Shown one piece after another: positions 1-9,390 of a stretch of DNA of 44,333 bases. The first letter of the stretch is position 1, and each line of letters begins with the position of its first letter. The notes beneath the pieces are model-generated. The model searched no databases. It worked only from the letters and a program-made list of their open reading frames with translations, and was not told the DNA's origin. The position numbers and the translations under genes were made by a program. The stretch is from Oculatellaceae cyanobacterium bins.114 (GTDB taxonomy: Bacteria > Cyanobacteriota > Cyanobacteriia > Elainellales > Elainellaceae), in assembly GCA_033764315.1 (NCBI GenBank), contig JANRJA010000243.1, positions 1 to 44,333 on the forward strand, in the 5' to 3' direction.

Positions 1-44
1 CCCCTCTGGGGTGCGCCTCTCACAACCCATTTGGGATTGCTATA
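1..44 (-). mobile_element. Partial MITE (family A, TATAGCAATCCCAAAT terminus), cut by the window edge
   Basis: Reverse complement (TATAGCAATCCCAAATGGGTTGTGAGAGGCGCACCCC...) matches the left part of the complete copy at 40735-40828. Confidence 0.85.
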
Positions 45-248
45 TTACCAATCACCTCAAAAGACAAGAGAATCCCCTTTCATGTTGAACTCAATCCACC
101 AGAAGGTGGGATAAAAGTACGTAGCTTTGTCAAATGTGAAGATATTCGCTCAATTTCTGTAGAACGTTTGGAAAAGTGTTGGGGTACAGTTTTTCCGGAA
201 ACACTAGCCGCAGTGGAAGATAGACTCAGAATTTTGATTGGACTGTGA
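3..248 (+). pseudogene. C-terminal part of a MazF/PemK-family endoribonuclease toxin, apparently interrupted by MITE A
   Basis: Manual translation from 45: LPITSKDKRIPFHVELNPPEGGIKVRSFVKCEDIRSISVERLEKCWGTVFPETLAAVEDRLRILIGL*. PITS, IRSISxxRL and the final helix are PemK/MazF hallmarks. Not in the ORF track. Confidence 0.8.
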
Positions 249-361
249 ACACTGTAGCTGTGAAATGCTACGAAGGCAGATGCAAAACTGGCACATGGCT
301 TCAGTGGACAGTTGAAGAGTTTGAATAGGCTAGGTTTACCTGAAACCCACGGTATTCCTTT

Positions 362-1114
362 ATGCCAGTTCTTCATCCGTTACCTGTTTCTCAGACAACT
401 ACTCAATCCACTCTGCCAATTTCGCAGCTGTCGGTGGATGGCTTGACTCAACTTTCGAGTTTTGATGCAGCCATTCATGCAGTTGCTGACCATTATGCCT
501 TTGAGCAGCATCCCTATTTGCTGTGGATGCAAGCCTCAAACACCACTCGTGATGCCTTTCGTTATAGTCAGATCCCCTTTCGCTTTGCGGTAGAGTCTTT
601 TTCGCAAGCACTGGCGGCAGTTTTAGCAAGAGTTCCTCAATTAGACGATCGGTTAGCTCTGGCAGAGAACGTCGCTGAAGAACACGGACATGGCGATCGC
701 TGGAAGTCTCACAAATATACCTTTCGGCAATATTTGCTAGCGTTGGGTGCTTCACCAGAAGAGCTAACTAACCCTTGTCCAATTGGTGTTTTGTCCTTCA
801 ACCAATCCATTCTCAACTTTTGTTTGACCCAGTCTGGCGAAGCGGGAGCCGCTGCCCTGGGTGTGATCGAGCATTTGTATGTGCCGATCAGTGCAGCGAT
901 CGCCCGAACAGTGCATCAACGGAGCTGGACGGCTCCGGGGTCGCAATCTCACTACACGGTGCATGAAGTGTTGGATGTCGAACATGCGCGAGATTTGTTA
1001 GCGATCGCCTCTCCTCGATGGGAGTGTAAGCATTCTCGACCGCTCGTGGCTCAAGGATTGCTGCTGGGTTCTCACTATTTTTGGACGCTATACAATGACT
1101 TACCCCGCTTTTGA
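362..1114 (+). CDS. Heme-oxygenase-like diiron oxidase (iron-containing redox enzyme; CADD/PqqC/TenA fold)
   Basis: Diiron-ligand pattern E107..H117, E170, H201-x3-D205-x2-H208 (NVAEEHG..SH; LGVIEHLY; HYTVHEVLDVEH); N-terminal HPY. Confidence 0.8.
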   Translation: MPVLHPLPVSQTTTQSTLPISQLSVDGLTQLSSFDAAIHAVADHYAFEQHPYLLWMQASNTTRDAFRYSQIPFRFAVESFSQALAAVLARVPQLDDRLALAENVAEEHGHGDRWKSHKYTFRQYLLALGASPEELTNPCPIGVLSFNQSILNFCLTQSGEAGAAALGVIEHLYVPISAAIARTVHQRSWTAPGSQSHYTVHEVLDVEHARDLLAIASPRWECKHSRPLVAQGLLLGSHYFWTLYNDLPRF

Positions 1115-2216
1115 TCTGGGTTCTGACCCGATTTCTGAGATTGCCTTTGCTCAGGTGCGCGAAGACCCGCGTGTGGAACTGAGTCTGATTGATTACCTGG
1201 CAGAACGGCAGAACCGCCCATTACGAGTGCTGTTAGTGGCATCTGGGGGATGCACCGCTTTGAGTTTGCTGGTTTCACCCGCGATCGCCCAGATCGACGC
1301 GGTGGATTTGAATCCGGCTCAGTTACATCTAGTAGAATTGCGGCGACAAGCCCTGGTGCATCTGTCGTTAGCGGATCAATTACACCTGATTGGGGCATAC
1401 CCTTTCCCTGAGGACGAATCGCAACTTGCCCCTGCCCATCATCGACAGGAGCTTTACAACAAACTGCGTCCCTGGTTACCAGAACCCACACAAGCCTTTT
1501 GGGATGCCCGCTCAGAGCAAATCGCCTTTGGCATGAACCGAGTTGGACGGTTTGAGGCATTGTTTCGAGAACTGGCTCAGGCGGTTGCAGCCCAAGGATT
1601 AGATCCGCTGAAGCAACCTGCGATCGCCCTATCTAGCCCTCTTTGGAATTCCCTGTTTGAGCAGGTGTTTGAGCGTCACAAACTGGCGCAAGTGTTTGGA
1701 GAAGCCGCTGTCAACTACTCGATGGATCGCAGTTTTGGCGAACACTTTGCCGATATGTTTGCTCAGGCATTACGCAGCAAAAACCCAGCCCAAAATTACT
1801 TTGTCACTCAGGTTTGGGGCGATCGCTACACCACAGGTCAAAACGAAGTGCCCCTCTACCTGCAATCTCCAGTTCAACTAATGATTCGCCATTTGGGAGT
1901 GGAGCGGTTGCATCTCCATCAAGGGACATTAGCCGATGTGATGACTCGACTGGCTCAAACGGCTCCCTTTGACCTGATTCAACTGTCAAATATTTCAGAT
2001 TGGATGCCTGTTCCGGAGTTGCACAACTTGTTGGCGATCGCCACTTGTTGCCTTAACCCTGGTGGTGCATTGTTAGGGCGCAGACTCAACGGCGATCATC
2101 ATCTTGCAACACTGATGGCAGAGCATGTGCAGGTTAAATCTGAACTCAGTCAACAATTGCATCAAGCCGAACGGTCTTACTTTTATCGAGAAGTGGTAGT
2201 GGGGTTTGTTGAATAG
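1095..2216 (+). CDS. DUF3419/BtaA-like SAM-dependent protein (putative 3-amino-3-carboxypropyl transferase)
   Basis: FAQVREDPRVE, VASGGCTAL, AVDLNPAQ and LSNISDWMP motifs typical of BtaA/DUF3419; overlaps the upstream gene by 20 nt. Confidence 0.8.
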   Translation: MTYPAFDLGSDPISEIAFAQVREDPRVELSLIDYLAERQNRPLRVLLVASGGCTALSLLVSPAIAQIDAVDLNPAQLHLVELRRQALVHLSLADQLHLIGAYPFPEDESQLAPAHHRQELYNKLRPWLPEPTQAFWDARSEQIAFGMNRVGRFEALFRELAQAVAAQGLDPLKQPAIALSSPLWNSLFEQVFERHKLAQVFGEAAVNYSMDRSFGEHFADMFAQALRSKNPAQNYFVTQVWGDRYTTGQNEVPLYLQSPVQLMIRHLGVERLHLHQGTLADVMTRLAQTAPFDLIQLSNISDWMPVPELHNLLAIATCCLNPGGALLGRRLNGDHHLATLMAEHVQVKSELSQQLHQAERSYFYREVVVGFVE

Positions 2217-2257
2217 TCAATGGGCAATAGTCAATGACTCCATGTGCGCTTCCTTCA

Positions 2258-2323
2258 AGATCCCCGGTTGCTGTGATGCACATCAGACCCCTTTAAGGAG
2301 GCTGAACGAGCAACCGGGGATCT
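2258..2323. repeat. Inverted repeat AGATCCCCGGTTGCT...AGCAACCGGGGATCT
   Basis: Perfect 15-bp arms; related palindrome at 38105-38137. Confidence 0.7.
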
Positions 2324-2375
2324 ATCTATGTTGTTCACTTTATCCTTCGTCTTTTATCATTTTCCTTTCCTTCTT

Positions 2376-3227
2376 ATGCCTCTTACAATTCACTCAATTC
2401 CATCAAATGATTACTTACAGGGGAAAATAGCTTCACATCGTTTGTTCTATCAACCCAAGTTGGTGGAATTGGAGCAAACCGCCAGTTATCCGCTGGGAGA
2501 AGACACCTTTCAGTTGGATCATGGCACGGATTATTTTGCTTTTTTCGATCGCTTGGGTCAGGCCAGCTACTATGTCGTTTTGGATGAGGAAAAAGCGATC
2601 GCGGTAGGAGCGGCGGTGCTTCGGTATGTGCCTGATGGCTGTGGAGATAAGCCCCGTCCAGTCTGGTATCTGTGTGACTTGAAGGTGCATCCCGACTATC
2701 GTCGTCAGCATCTATCCCTACAGTTGTTTCGTCATGCGTTTGCACAACATTTTGCGGAGTGCGATCGCGGCTATGCGATTTCGATGAATCCAGGGGATGG
2801 TTCTCCTAATCGGGTTGTGCAATTGCTGCGGTTTGTCTGTCCGGTGGAGTTCCGCTGCACGGCTACTTTAGAAATTTATAGCCTCGATGCTGCCAGTATG
2901 CAGCGCATCGAACCCTTGTTGCACCATTATCGGGGAGCGATTTCTTATCTGTCGCTCAAGGGCATCAAAGATTTGCGGCTTCAGAGCACTGGAACCCTGT
3001 TGCCGCTGCTACATGTTCAATTTGGTGAGACAGCACAGCACCCTCTCTCTCATCTCAGCCATTGTTCGCCTATCCCCGGTTATGCTCATATGTTTTGCGC
3101 TCCACGCGGAGATACACTGGCGATCGCCCTGAGTCAACAGGGCATTGTGCCTCAAGCCACCGCTAGCATCGTTAGTCACGGCATAGATAACAGCGATTGG
3201 CAGTTTGTATTAACGAGCGACATTTAG
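2376..3227 (+). CDS. GNAT-family N-acyltransferase with C-terminal extension
   Basis: WYLCDLKVHPDYRRQHLS acyl-CoA-binding motif; ATG at 2376 preferred over TTG at 2328. Confidence 0.75.
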   Translation: MPLTIHSIPSNDYLQGKIASHRLFYQPKLVELEQTASYPLGEDTFQLDHGTDYFAFFDRLGQASYYVVLDEEKAIAVGAAVLRYVPDGCGDKPRPVWYLCDLKVHPDYRRQHLSLQLFRHAFAQHFAECDRGYAISMNPGDGSPNRVVQLLRFVCPVEFRCTATLEIYSLDAASMQRIEPLLHHYRGAISYLSLKGIKDLRLQSTGTLLPLLHVQFGETAQHPLSHLSHCSPIPGYAHMFCAPRGDTLAIALSQQGIVPQATASIVSHGIDNSDWQFVLTSDI

Positions 3228-3250
3228 AAGAAAGAAAATTGAAAAAAGGA

Positions 3251-3328
3251 TAGTCCTAAACAAGTAAGGATATGCCACGCTCCGCGTGGCATATCCTTAC
3301 TCAAAAATCATTACTTTTAGAGAACTAC
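3251..3328. mobile_element. MITE-like repeat family B, copy 1
   Basis: Imperfect terminal IRs (TAGTCCTAAA / TTTAGAGAACTAC) around the hairpin GTAAGGATATGCCACGC-TCC-GCGTGGCATATCCTTAC; closely similar copy at 42837-42915. Confidence 0.75.
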
Positions 3329-3401
3329 CAAAAAAAGAATAGGGTGTTTGGATACAGAGTGGATCTTATTCGATCTTCAATTTTCGATCTTCTTTCTTAA
3401 T

Positions 3402-3926
3402 TTATTCCTCTTGATGTTCTTTCCAAAATTGCTCAGCAAACGCAACAGTGGGATGAATTGGGGCTTTGGGTTTGCTTTTGAGGGGCATGTTGGCTTCATG
3501 GGGAGTGCGATCGCCTTTGCGAGAGTTGCAGCGATCGCAGGCAGCGACGACGTTATCCCACGTATGAGTCCCTCCTCTAGAACGAGGCATGATGTGGTCG
3601 ATGGTTAAGTTGCGGGTGCTGCCGCAGTATTGACAGGTGTGGTTGTCGCGCCGCAAGACCTCGCGCCGATTGACCGGGGGCATTTTCCAGAGCCGTTCTG
3701 GGTTAGTGACGGTGAGGCGAATGTGTTCGGGTACGTGCACCACGAGACTAGGCGATCGCACCTGCCAACATCGGGCTGTGCTGAGTTCCAATGATTCGGC
3801 TTGCCCAGTCACTAGCAAAACAACGGCTCGTTTGATGTTAATTCTCGCTAAAGGCAAGTAGTTTCTAGAAAACACCACAACTGAGTTTTGCAGTACGGGC
3901 AGTTGACTGGGGCGACGAGCTTTCAT
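3402..3926 (-). CDS. HNH endonuclease (McrA-like, CxxC..HNH..CxxC)
   Basis: RRDNHTCQYCG, TIDHIMPRSRGG, NVVAACDRCN; GAGGAG 8 nt before ATG 3926 (alternative GTG 3935). Confidence 0.9.
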   Translation of the reverse strand: MKARRPSQLPVLQNSVVVFSRNYLPLARINIKRAVVLLVTGQAESLELSTARCWQVRSPSLVVHVPEHIRLTVTNPERLWKMPPVNRREVLRRDNHTCQYCGSTRNLTIDHIMPRSRGGTHTWDNVVAACDRCNSRKGDRTPHEANMPLKSKPKAPIHPTVAFAEQFWKEHQEE

Positions 3927-3940
3927 TGTAAACACTCCTC

Positions 3941-3979
3941 AAAATAAAAAACCCCGCTTTTACGATGAAAAAGCAGGGT
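3941..3979 (-). terminator. Intrinsic terminator/attenuator directly upstream of the HNH gene
   Basis: Minus strand ACCCTGCTTTT-TCATCGT-AAAAGCGGGGT followed by TTTTTATTTT. Confidence 0.7.
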
Positions 3980-4553
3980 CAGAATGTGAGTCGCACGAGA
4001 TTGTAAGCAGAGGCAGGTTAAATATTGCACTGCGGATGGTCGGTCAAGTAGCGAATGCAAATGGACCGATATCGAGCGATTCATGAATAAACCGAAGATT
4101 GTTGCAGATGCGATCGACAACACAGGCAATGACTATATAAATGAATGAATAACTGAAATATGAAACGGAGTAGCTCTGATGTGAAATGGCTGACGTCAGA
4201 TAATGCCACTCCATGACAGACTGGCACTGGTGCAGGGTTTGTTTAAGTGTTGTAAAGTGCAGCGATCGCCAACCAATCCCTCTAAAACGACACTATATCG
4301 CAAGATCTCGTAGATGTGATCGTCTGGTGATTGACAATTGGTGACTGGCGGTGCAATATCACGATTACTTAACTGGGTTTAATCAGTTGCACGCTTCAAA
4401 TTAAGTCAACTTCGGTTATCATGGCAACCTAATATTGATTAAACTTGGCACTATAGAGAGTGGATTGATTAAGTTCAGACCGCTACATGCAGCATCAGGT
4501 TGGCATCCCCTATGGGTAGTGATGTTTGTCCAAGTAACAGATTGGTGAAGTAT

Positions 4554-6206
4554 ATGCAGAAGGCACAATTTGGGCAACGATTTTGGCTCAGCCTTGGATT
4601 GATGGGCCTGTCGATTGCTGGACATCCAGTTACGGTTGCCTTGGGGCTAGGAGCGATCGCCCTTACCGTACCTGCACCAAGTTATGCGGCTGTGTTGACA
4701 GGTTGGCGATTTAACACCAGCAACGCTGAGTTAGAAATTACGGTGCCCGCAGGGGTGACACCTCGATATTTTTTGTTAGCTCAACCTGCTCGCATCGTGC
4801 TGGACTTGCCAAATACCACGATAGGAAGCGTGCCTGCAGTGCAAACCTATTCAGGGCGGGTGCGGCAGATTCGGGTCAATGAGTTTCAACCTGGGGTGAC
4901 TCGCATTGTGATTGAGTTGTCTCCTGATGTGGTTTTAGCAGCACAACAGGTTGACCTGCGTGAGATCGGGCAGGGTCGGTGGGTGGTGCGTCCTCGATTT
5001 GCTGGAGATGCTGCGCCAGTAGCAGCACAACCGATTCCACGTCCGGCGGCGACTGTTGCTCCGGCTCCTATTCCTTCAGTGCAGCCTGCCCCGGTTGTAG
5101 AACCTGCGCCAGTGGCGGAACCGCCCGAAACCGTGCGTGATCCAATTCTGGTACAGCCTCCTAGCACAACAGCCGTTGTTCCTCCTCCCAGTTCTACTCC
5201 TGCGGCTCCAGCCACATCGCTGCCTCCTTTAGAGTCGGGTGCCACTGAGATTCCCGTTGAGATTGCTGAACCTGATGCCCCTGTCGTAGCCGCTCCTGAG
5301 ACAGCCACTCCAGAACCGACGCCTGAAGTAGCGATCGCCCCTCAACCTGCCCCAGTGGTGACTCCTGCCCCAACCGCACCTCTGACCACGCCTTCCCCTG
5401 CGCCTTACGATCCACAATTGCCCACCACTTTGCCGCCTGCCAACTTCTCTGGCGATCGCCCCGTGACTGTGCAGGTGCCTGAGTTGGGTAGCGCACCTGC
5501 CAGACCTGCCCCAGTGCAGCCCCCAATACAACCTCCCGTGCAATCTCCTCCAGTGCAATCTCCTCCAGTGCAACTCCCCGTTCTACCGCCTGCATCCTCC
5601 ACACCCAATCAGGCGATAGTCCCTCCCGTTGCACAGCCTCCCGTTACACAGCCTCCTTCGGTCATTCCTGTGCCTGTGCCCTCTCCCGCTTCTGTCGCAG
5701 TGGCTCCTAACCCAACTGTTTTACTGCCATCGGGAACGGTGTTGCGGTTGCGCTATCCGCGTGAATCCGTATTGGAGTTGCAGGCAGGCTCGCCCTGGCA
5801 AGAAGTGTTGGTGTTAAATCAAGCGTTGCGCGATCGCTCAGGCAATATCATTGCCCCTGAAGGCAGTCCAGTGATTGGTCGGTTTGAAACCGATCAAACT
5901 GGCAGCCGATTTGTAGCACAAGCGATTACCCTGCAAGGACAGAACATGCGGCTGATGGCTCAATCGAGTCGATTAGGGGGCGATCGCCAAGTGTCTGAAC
6001 AAGAGTTAGTGCGAAACTCTGCTATTGGTGGGCTGGCTCTCACCGTGTTAGGTGCCTTTACAGGCATTGGGGCGATCGCGGGTGTGGTTGCCGGAGCAGC
6101 AGCTGGAGCCGCGACCACTTATATCACCGCACCTCAACCAGCAATCATTCAACCCAATCAAATTGTTGAAGTGCGTTTGATAGAAGATTTGCCTAGACCC
6201 CAGTAA
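4554..6206 (+). CDS. AMIN-domain, proline-rich envelope protein
   Basis: Signal-like N-terminus, AMIN motifs (PARIVLDLP, VTRIVIEL), long Pro-rich linker, C-terminal beta domain with Gly/Ala-rich hydrophobic segment; start ATG 4554 inferred. Confidence 0.8.
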   Translation: MQKAQFGQRFWLSLGLMGLSIAGHPVTVALGLGAIALTVPAPSYAAVLTGWRFNTSNAELEITVPAGVTPRYFLLAQPARIVLDLPNTTIGSVPAVQTYSGRVRQIRVNEFQPGVTRIVIELSPDVVLAAQQVDLREIGQGRWVVRPRFAGDAAPVAAQPIPRPAATVAPAPIPSVQPAPVVEPAPVAEPPETVRDPILVQPPSTTAVVPPPSSTPAAPATSLPPLESGATEIPVEIAEPDAPVVAAPETATPEPTPEVAIAPQPAPVVTPAPTAPLTTPSPAPYDPQLPTTLPPANFSGDRPVTVQVPELGSAPARPAPVQPPIQPPVQSPPVQSPPVQLPVLPPASSTPNQAIVPPVAQPPVTQPPSVIPVPVPSPASVAVAPNPTVLLPSGTVLRLRYPRESVLELQAGSPWQEVLVLNQALRDRSGNIIAPEGSPVIGRFETDQTGSRFVAQAITLQGQNMRLMAQSSRLGGDRQVSEQELVRNSAIGGLALTVLGAFTGIGAIAGVVAGAAAGAATTYITAPQPAIIQPNQIVEVRLIEDLPRPQ

Positions 6207-6654
6207 AACCAGTTGTCTGACAAAAATTGCTGCCAACTCTGATTAAGAAATACTGAGGCGGTGCTAAACTTTTGGCGATCGCTAACCGCTAAATTTTTGC
6301 CATTCGCATTAAGTTATCTTAATCCGTCGCCTATAGTTTTTTAAGCAAGCAAAGATCAATAGAAGATCGACAAGATTTTTTGGGAAGCAATATAAGAACC
6401 CCTTGAATGCTGATATGGCTTTGAGTCTTAAGCATTTCTACTTAATATTGCTTGAAATCTCACTGCATCAAAATTTAAGGAATTTTTGATCCTTTCCCAA
6501 GTGCTTTATTAAAACAGCGTTGGTGAATACAGCGATGGTTCACAGACTCTGACTATTCCAGCAGGGGCATTTCACAAAACACTCCGATGATAGTCATACA
6601 GTTGGTCACCAACGCCTATTAAATATCTTCTGAGTCACATTCTGAGTCATCGTC

Positions 6655-9366
6655 ATGCTCTCCAGACACCCTCCTCGACTTACTGCCTATACGATTGCTG
6701 TGCTTCTAGTGCCAGTGGCGATCGCATTGACGTTTGTGCATGTTCACTGGTTTGGTCAACCTGCCTTTGCCTTCTTCTACCTAGCGGTCTGCTTTAGCAC
6801 CTGGTATGGTGGCAGATATCCAGGATTGGCGACAATTGTTCTGTCATTATTGGCAGCCAACTATTTTTTTGTTCCCCCCATCTATAGCTGGAGTGTGTCC
6901 GGCAGAGATGCATTTCGCTTAGGGATTGTTTTGATTGTCATGCTAGTAATTAATTGGCTGACTTCAGAACTAGATTATGCGCGTCGTCGAGTCGAACAAC
7001 ACTCAGCCGCACTACAAGAGAGTGAAACTCGCTATCGCGCCATTGTCGAAGACCAAACTGAATTGATTGTCAGGCTTTTGCCCAATGGCACCGTCTTATT
7101 TGTCAACGAAGCCTATTGTCGTTACTTTGGGTTGCAACAACAAGATTTGATTGGCAAGAGCTATGTCCCAGTGATTTTTGAAGCCGACCGAGAAACGGTA
7201 AGTCAGCAGGTGCAGTCAATTAGTATCAAAAATCCGATCATCACAATTGATAACCGCGTGGTCGTAAATGGCGAAATCCGTTGGACGCAGTGGGTGACTC
7301 GTCTGTTATCCAATCAGACTGGGGATGTGCTAGAACTGCAAGCCGTGGGTCGAGACATCACAACCTTAAAGCAAATTGAGGAAGCCCTACGGCTCAGTGA
7401 GAATCGCTTAAAACTGGCTCTGGAAGCATCGGGTGATGGATTGTGGGAATGGAATATTGCCACTGGAGAAGTTTATTTAGACTCCAACTGGTCAGGAATG
7501 TTGGGGTACGAAGCAGATGAGTTGCCCTGTCACGTCAGTACTTGGCAGCAGTTAATTCACCCAGATGACCAATCCTGGGTAACAGAAATGCTCAACGCCC
7601 ATCTTGCGGATAGCACAAAGCCCTATTCCTTTGAGTATCGAGTGCGAACTAAGCTTGGAGATTGGAAATGGATAGCCAACTATGGCAAGGTGGTGGCTTA
7701 CGATCCTCAAGGGATGCCTCTGCGCATGGTGGGGACTCACAAAGATATTAGCGATCGCAAACAGACCGAAGATCAGTTGCGGATCAGTGCCGAGCGCATC
7801 AGCCTTGCCAATGCCGAGTTATCTAGAGCCGCCCGTCTCAAAGATGAATTTTTGGCAGGCATGAGCCATGAACTCCGCACACCGCTCAATGCGATCTTAG
7901 GAATGTCAGAAGTATTGCTAGAAGAAATTCATGGCAACCTCACGGGTGGGCAACGGGACTCTGTGGGCTTGATCGAACGCAGCGGACAGCATCTATTAGC
8001 TCTGATCAATGACATTCTTGACCTGGCAAAAGTTGAGTCAGGCAAAATGGATTTGGAAATCGGTTCAGTCGATGTTAGGCAACTTTGCGACACCAGTTTG
8101 AGCTTTGTCAAACAGCAGGCTTATCAAAAACACATCCACTTGCGCTGTCAAGTTGATGAAGAAATAGACGAGATTGAGCTAGACGAACGCCGGATTGGTC
8201 AGGTGTTGATTAATTTGCTTAGTAATGCGGTCAAATTTACTCCTGAAGGAGGCAGGGTGCAGTTGTCAGTTCGTGTCAATCCAGAACAGGAAACGATTGA
8301 ATTTTCGATCTCTGATACGGGTATTGGCATTGCCCCCGATCAAATGGATAGGCTGTTTCAACCCTTTGTGCAGCTCGATAGTCGCCTCTCTCGCCGCTAT
8401 AGCGGCACAGGATTAGGGCTAGTGTTGGTGCGGCGCATTGTCGAGTTGCATGGTGGCAGTGTCACTCTAACCAGTGAAATCGGTCAGGGTAGTTGTTTTA
8501 CTGTGATGTTGCCGTGGCGACGGGCAAATCAGTCTTTGCTAGAGGGGATGCCCGCTCCATTGACCACGACGCAATTCTTACCCATTCAGAAGGCACTGAT
8601 TGTGGAAGATTCTGAAGCGGCGGCCAATCAAGTCTCGCGCTATCTAACCGAACTGGGGGCGACTACAGTGGTGCATCCGTTGGGGCAAGGAGTGGTCGAT
8701 CTCACCCTTCAAACCAAACCAGATGTGATCATTCTCGATATTTTGTTGCCTGATCTACCAGGTTGGGAGGTGTTAATGGAGCTGAAAGCCCATTCCATAA
8801 CTCGCACTATTCCAGTCCTCATTATTTCAGTGGTAGACGATCGCCCCAAGGGGTTAGCGTTAGGAGCCGCTGATTATTTGTTAAAGCCCATTACTCGATT
8901 GCAGCTTCAACAAGCGGTAAAGCGGCTGACAGGGGTGGTTGATCACGAACAAAAAACGGCACTGGTGGTTGCTGCTCACGCATCAGTTTCAGCCCCACTA
9001 ATTGTTCTGGCAGAAGATAACGAAGCTAACATTGAGGTAATTCTCAATTACTTGCAAGCCTATGGACTGCGAACTGCGGTCGCCCGTAATGGATTAGAAG
9101 CCGTTCAACTGGTCAAGCAGTGTCATCCTGACCTGGTATTAATGGATATTCAAATGCCTGAGATGGATGGTTTAGAAGCTATTTGTCGAATTCGGGCCGA
9201 TACTACCTTGGCACCCCTACCCATTCTTGCACTGACCGCTCTAGCCATGCCAGGCGATCGCGATCGCTGCCTAACAGTCGGAGCCAACGAATATCTCACC
9301 AAACCTGTCAGTTTGAAACAACTGTTGCAATTGATCCAACAATATTTACCCGATTGGTCAACTTAA
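6655..9366 (+). CDS. Hybrid sensor histidine kinase (DUF4118-like TM, 2 PAS, HisKA, HATPase, 2 REC)
   Basis: MSHELRTPLNAI, NLLSNAVKFT, DTGIGI, GTGLGL; two receiver domains. Confidence 0.92.
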   Translation: MLSRHPPRLTAYTIAVLLVPVAIALTFVHVHWFGQPAFAFFYLAVCFSTWYGGRYPGLATIVLSLLAANYFFVPPIYSWSVSGRDAFRLGIVLIVMLVINWLTSELDYARRRVEQHSAALQESETRYRAIVEDQTELIVRLLPNGTVLFVNEAYCRYFGLQQQDLIGKSYVPVIFEADRETVSQQVQSISIKNPIITIDNRVVVNGEIRWTQWVTRLLSNQTGDVLELQAVGRDITTLKQIEEALRLSENRLKLALEASGDGLWEWNIATGEVYLDSNWSGMLGYEADELPCHVSTWQQLIHPDDQSWVTEMLNAHLADSTKPYSFEYRVRTKLGDWKWIANYGKVVAYDPQGMPLRMVGTHKDISDRKQTEDQLRISAERISLANAELSRAARLKDEFLAGMSHELRTPLNAILGMSEVLLEEIHGNLTGGQRDSVGLIERSGQHLLALINDILDLAKVESGKMDLEIGSVDVRQLCDTSLSFVKQQAYQKHIHLRCQVDEEIDEIELDERRIGQVLINLLSNAVKFTPEGGRVQLSVRVNPEQETIEFSISDTGIGIAPDQMDRLFQPFVQLDSRLSRRYSGTGLGLVLVRRIVELHGGSVTLTSEIGQGSCFTVMLPWRRANQSLLEGMPAPLTTTQFLPIQKALIVEDSEAAANQVSRYLTELGATTVVHPLGQGVVDLTLQTKPDVIILDILLPDLPGWEVLMELKAHSITRTIPVLIISVVDDRPKGLALGAADYLLKPITRLQLQQAVKRLTGVVDHEQKTALVVAAHASVSAPLIVLAEDNEANIEVILNYLQAYGLRTAVARNGLEAVQLVKQCHPDLVLMDIQMPEMDGLEAICRIRADTTLAPLPILALTALAMPGDRDRCLTVGANEYLTKPVSLKQLLQLIQQYLPDWST

Positions 9367-9390
9367 GCCCCCGCCTTCAACTCTACTGTC

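Noticed and set aside
80-376. 98-aa minus-strand ORF
   Set aside because: Antisense shadow of the MazF/PemK fragment; no recognisable motifs.
4886-5634. Several Gly-rich or repetitive minus-strand ORFs (GGDCT repeats) resembling RiPP precursors
   Set aside because: Mirror images of the Pro-rich linker (15-nt repeat) in the AMIN protein.
6628-6649. TTCTGAGTCA direct repeat before the kinase start
   Set aside because: Short duplication with no known motif; similar small duplications at about 15204 and 17611 look like slippage.
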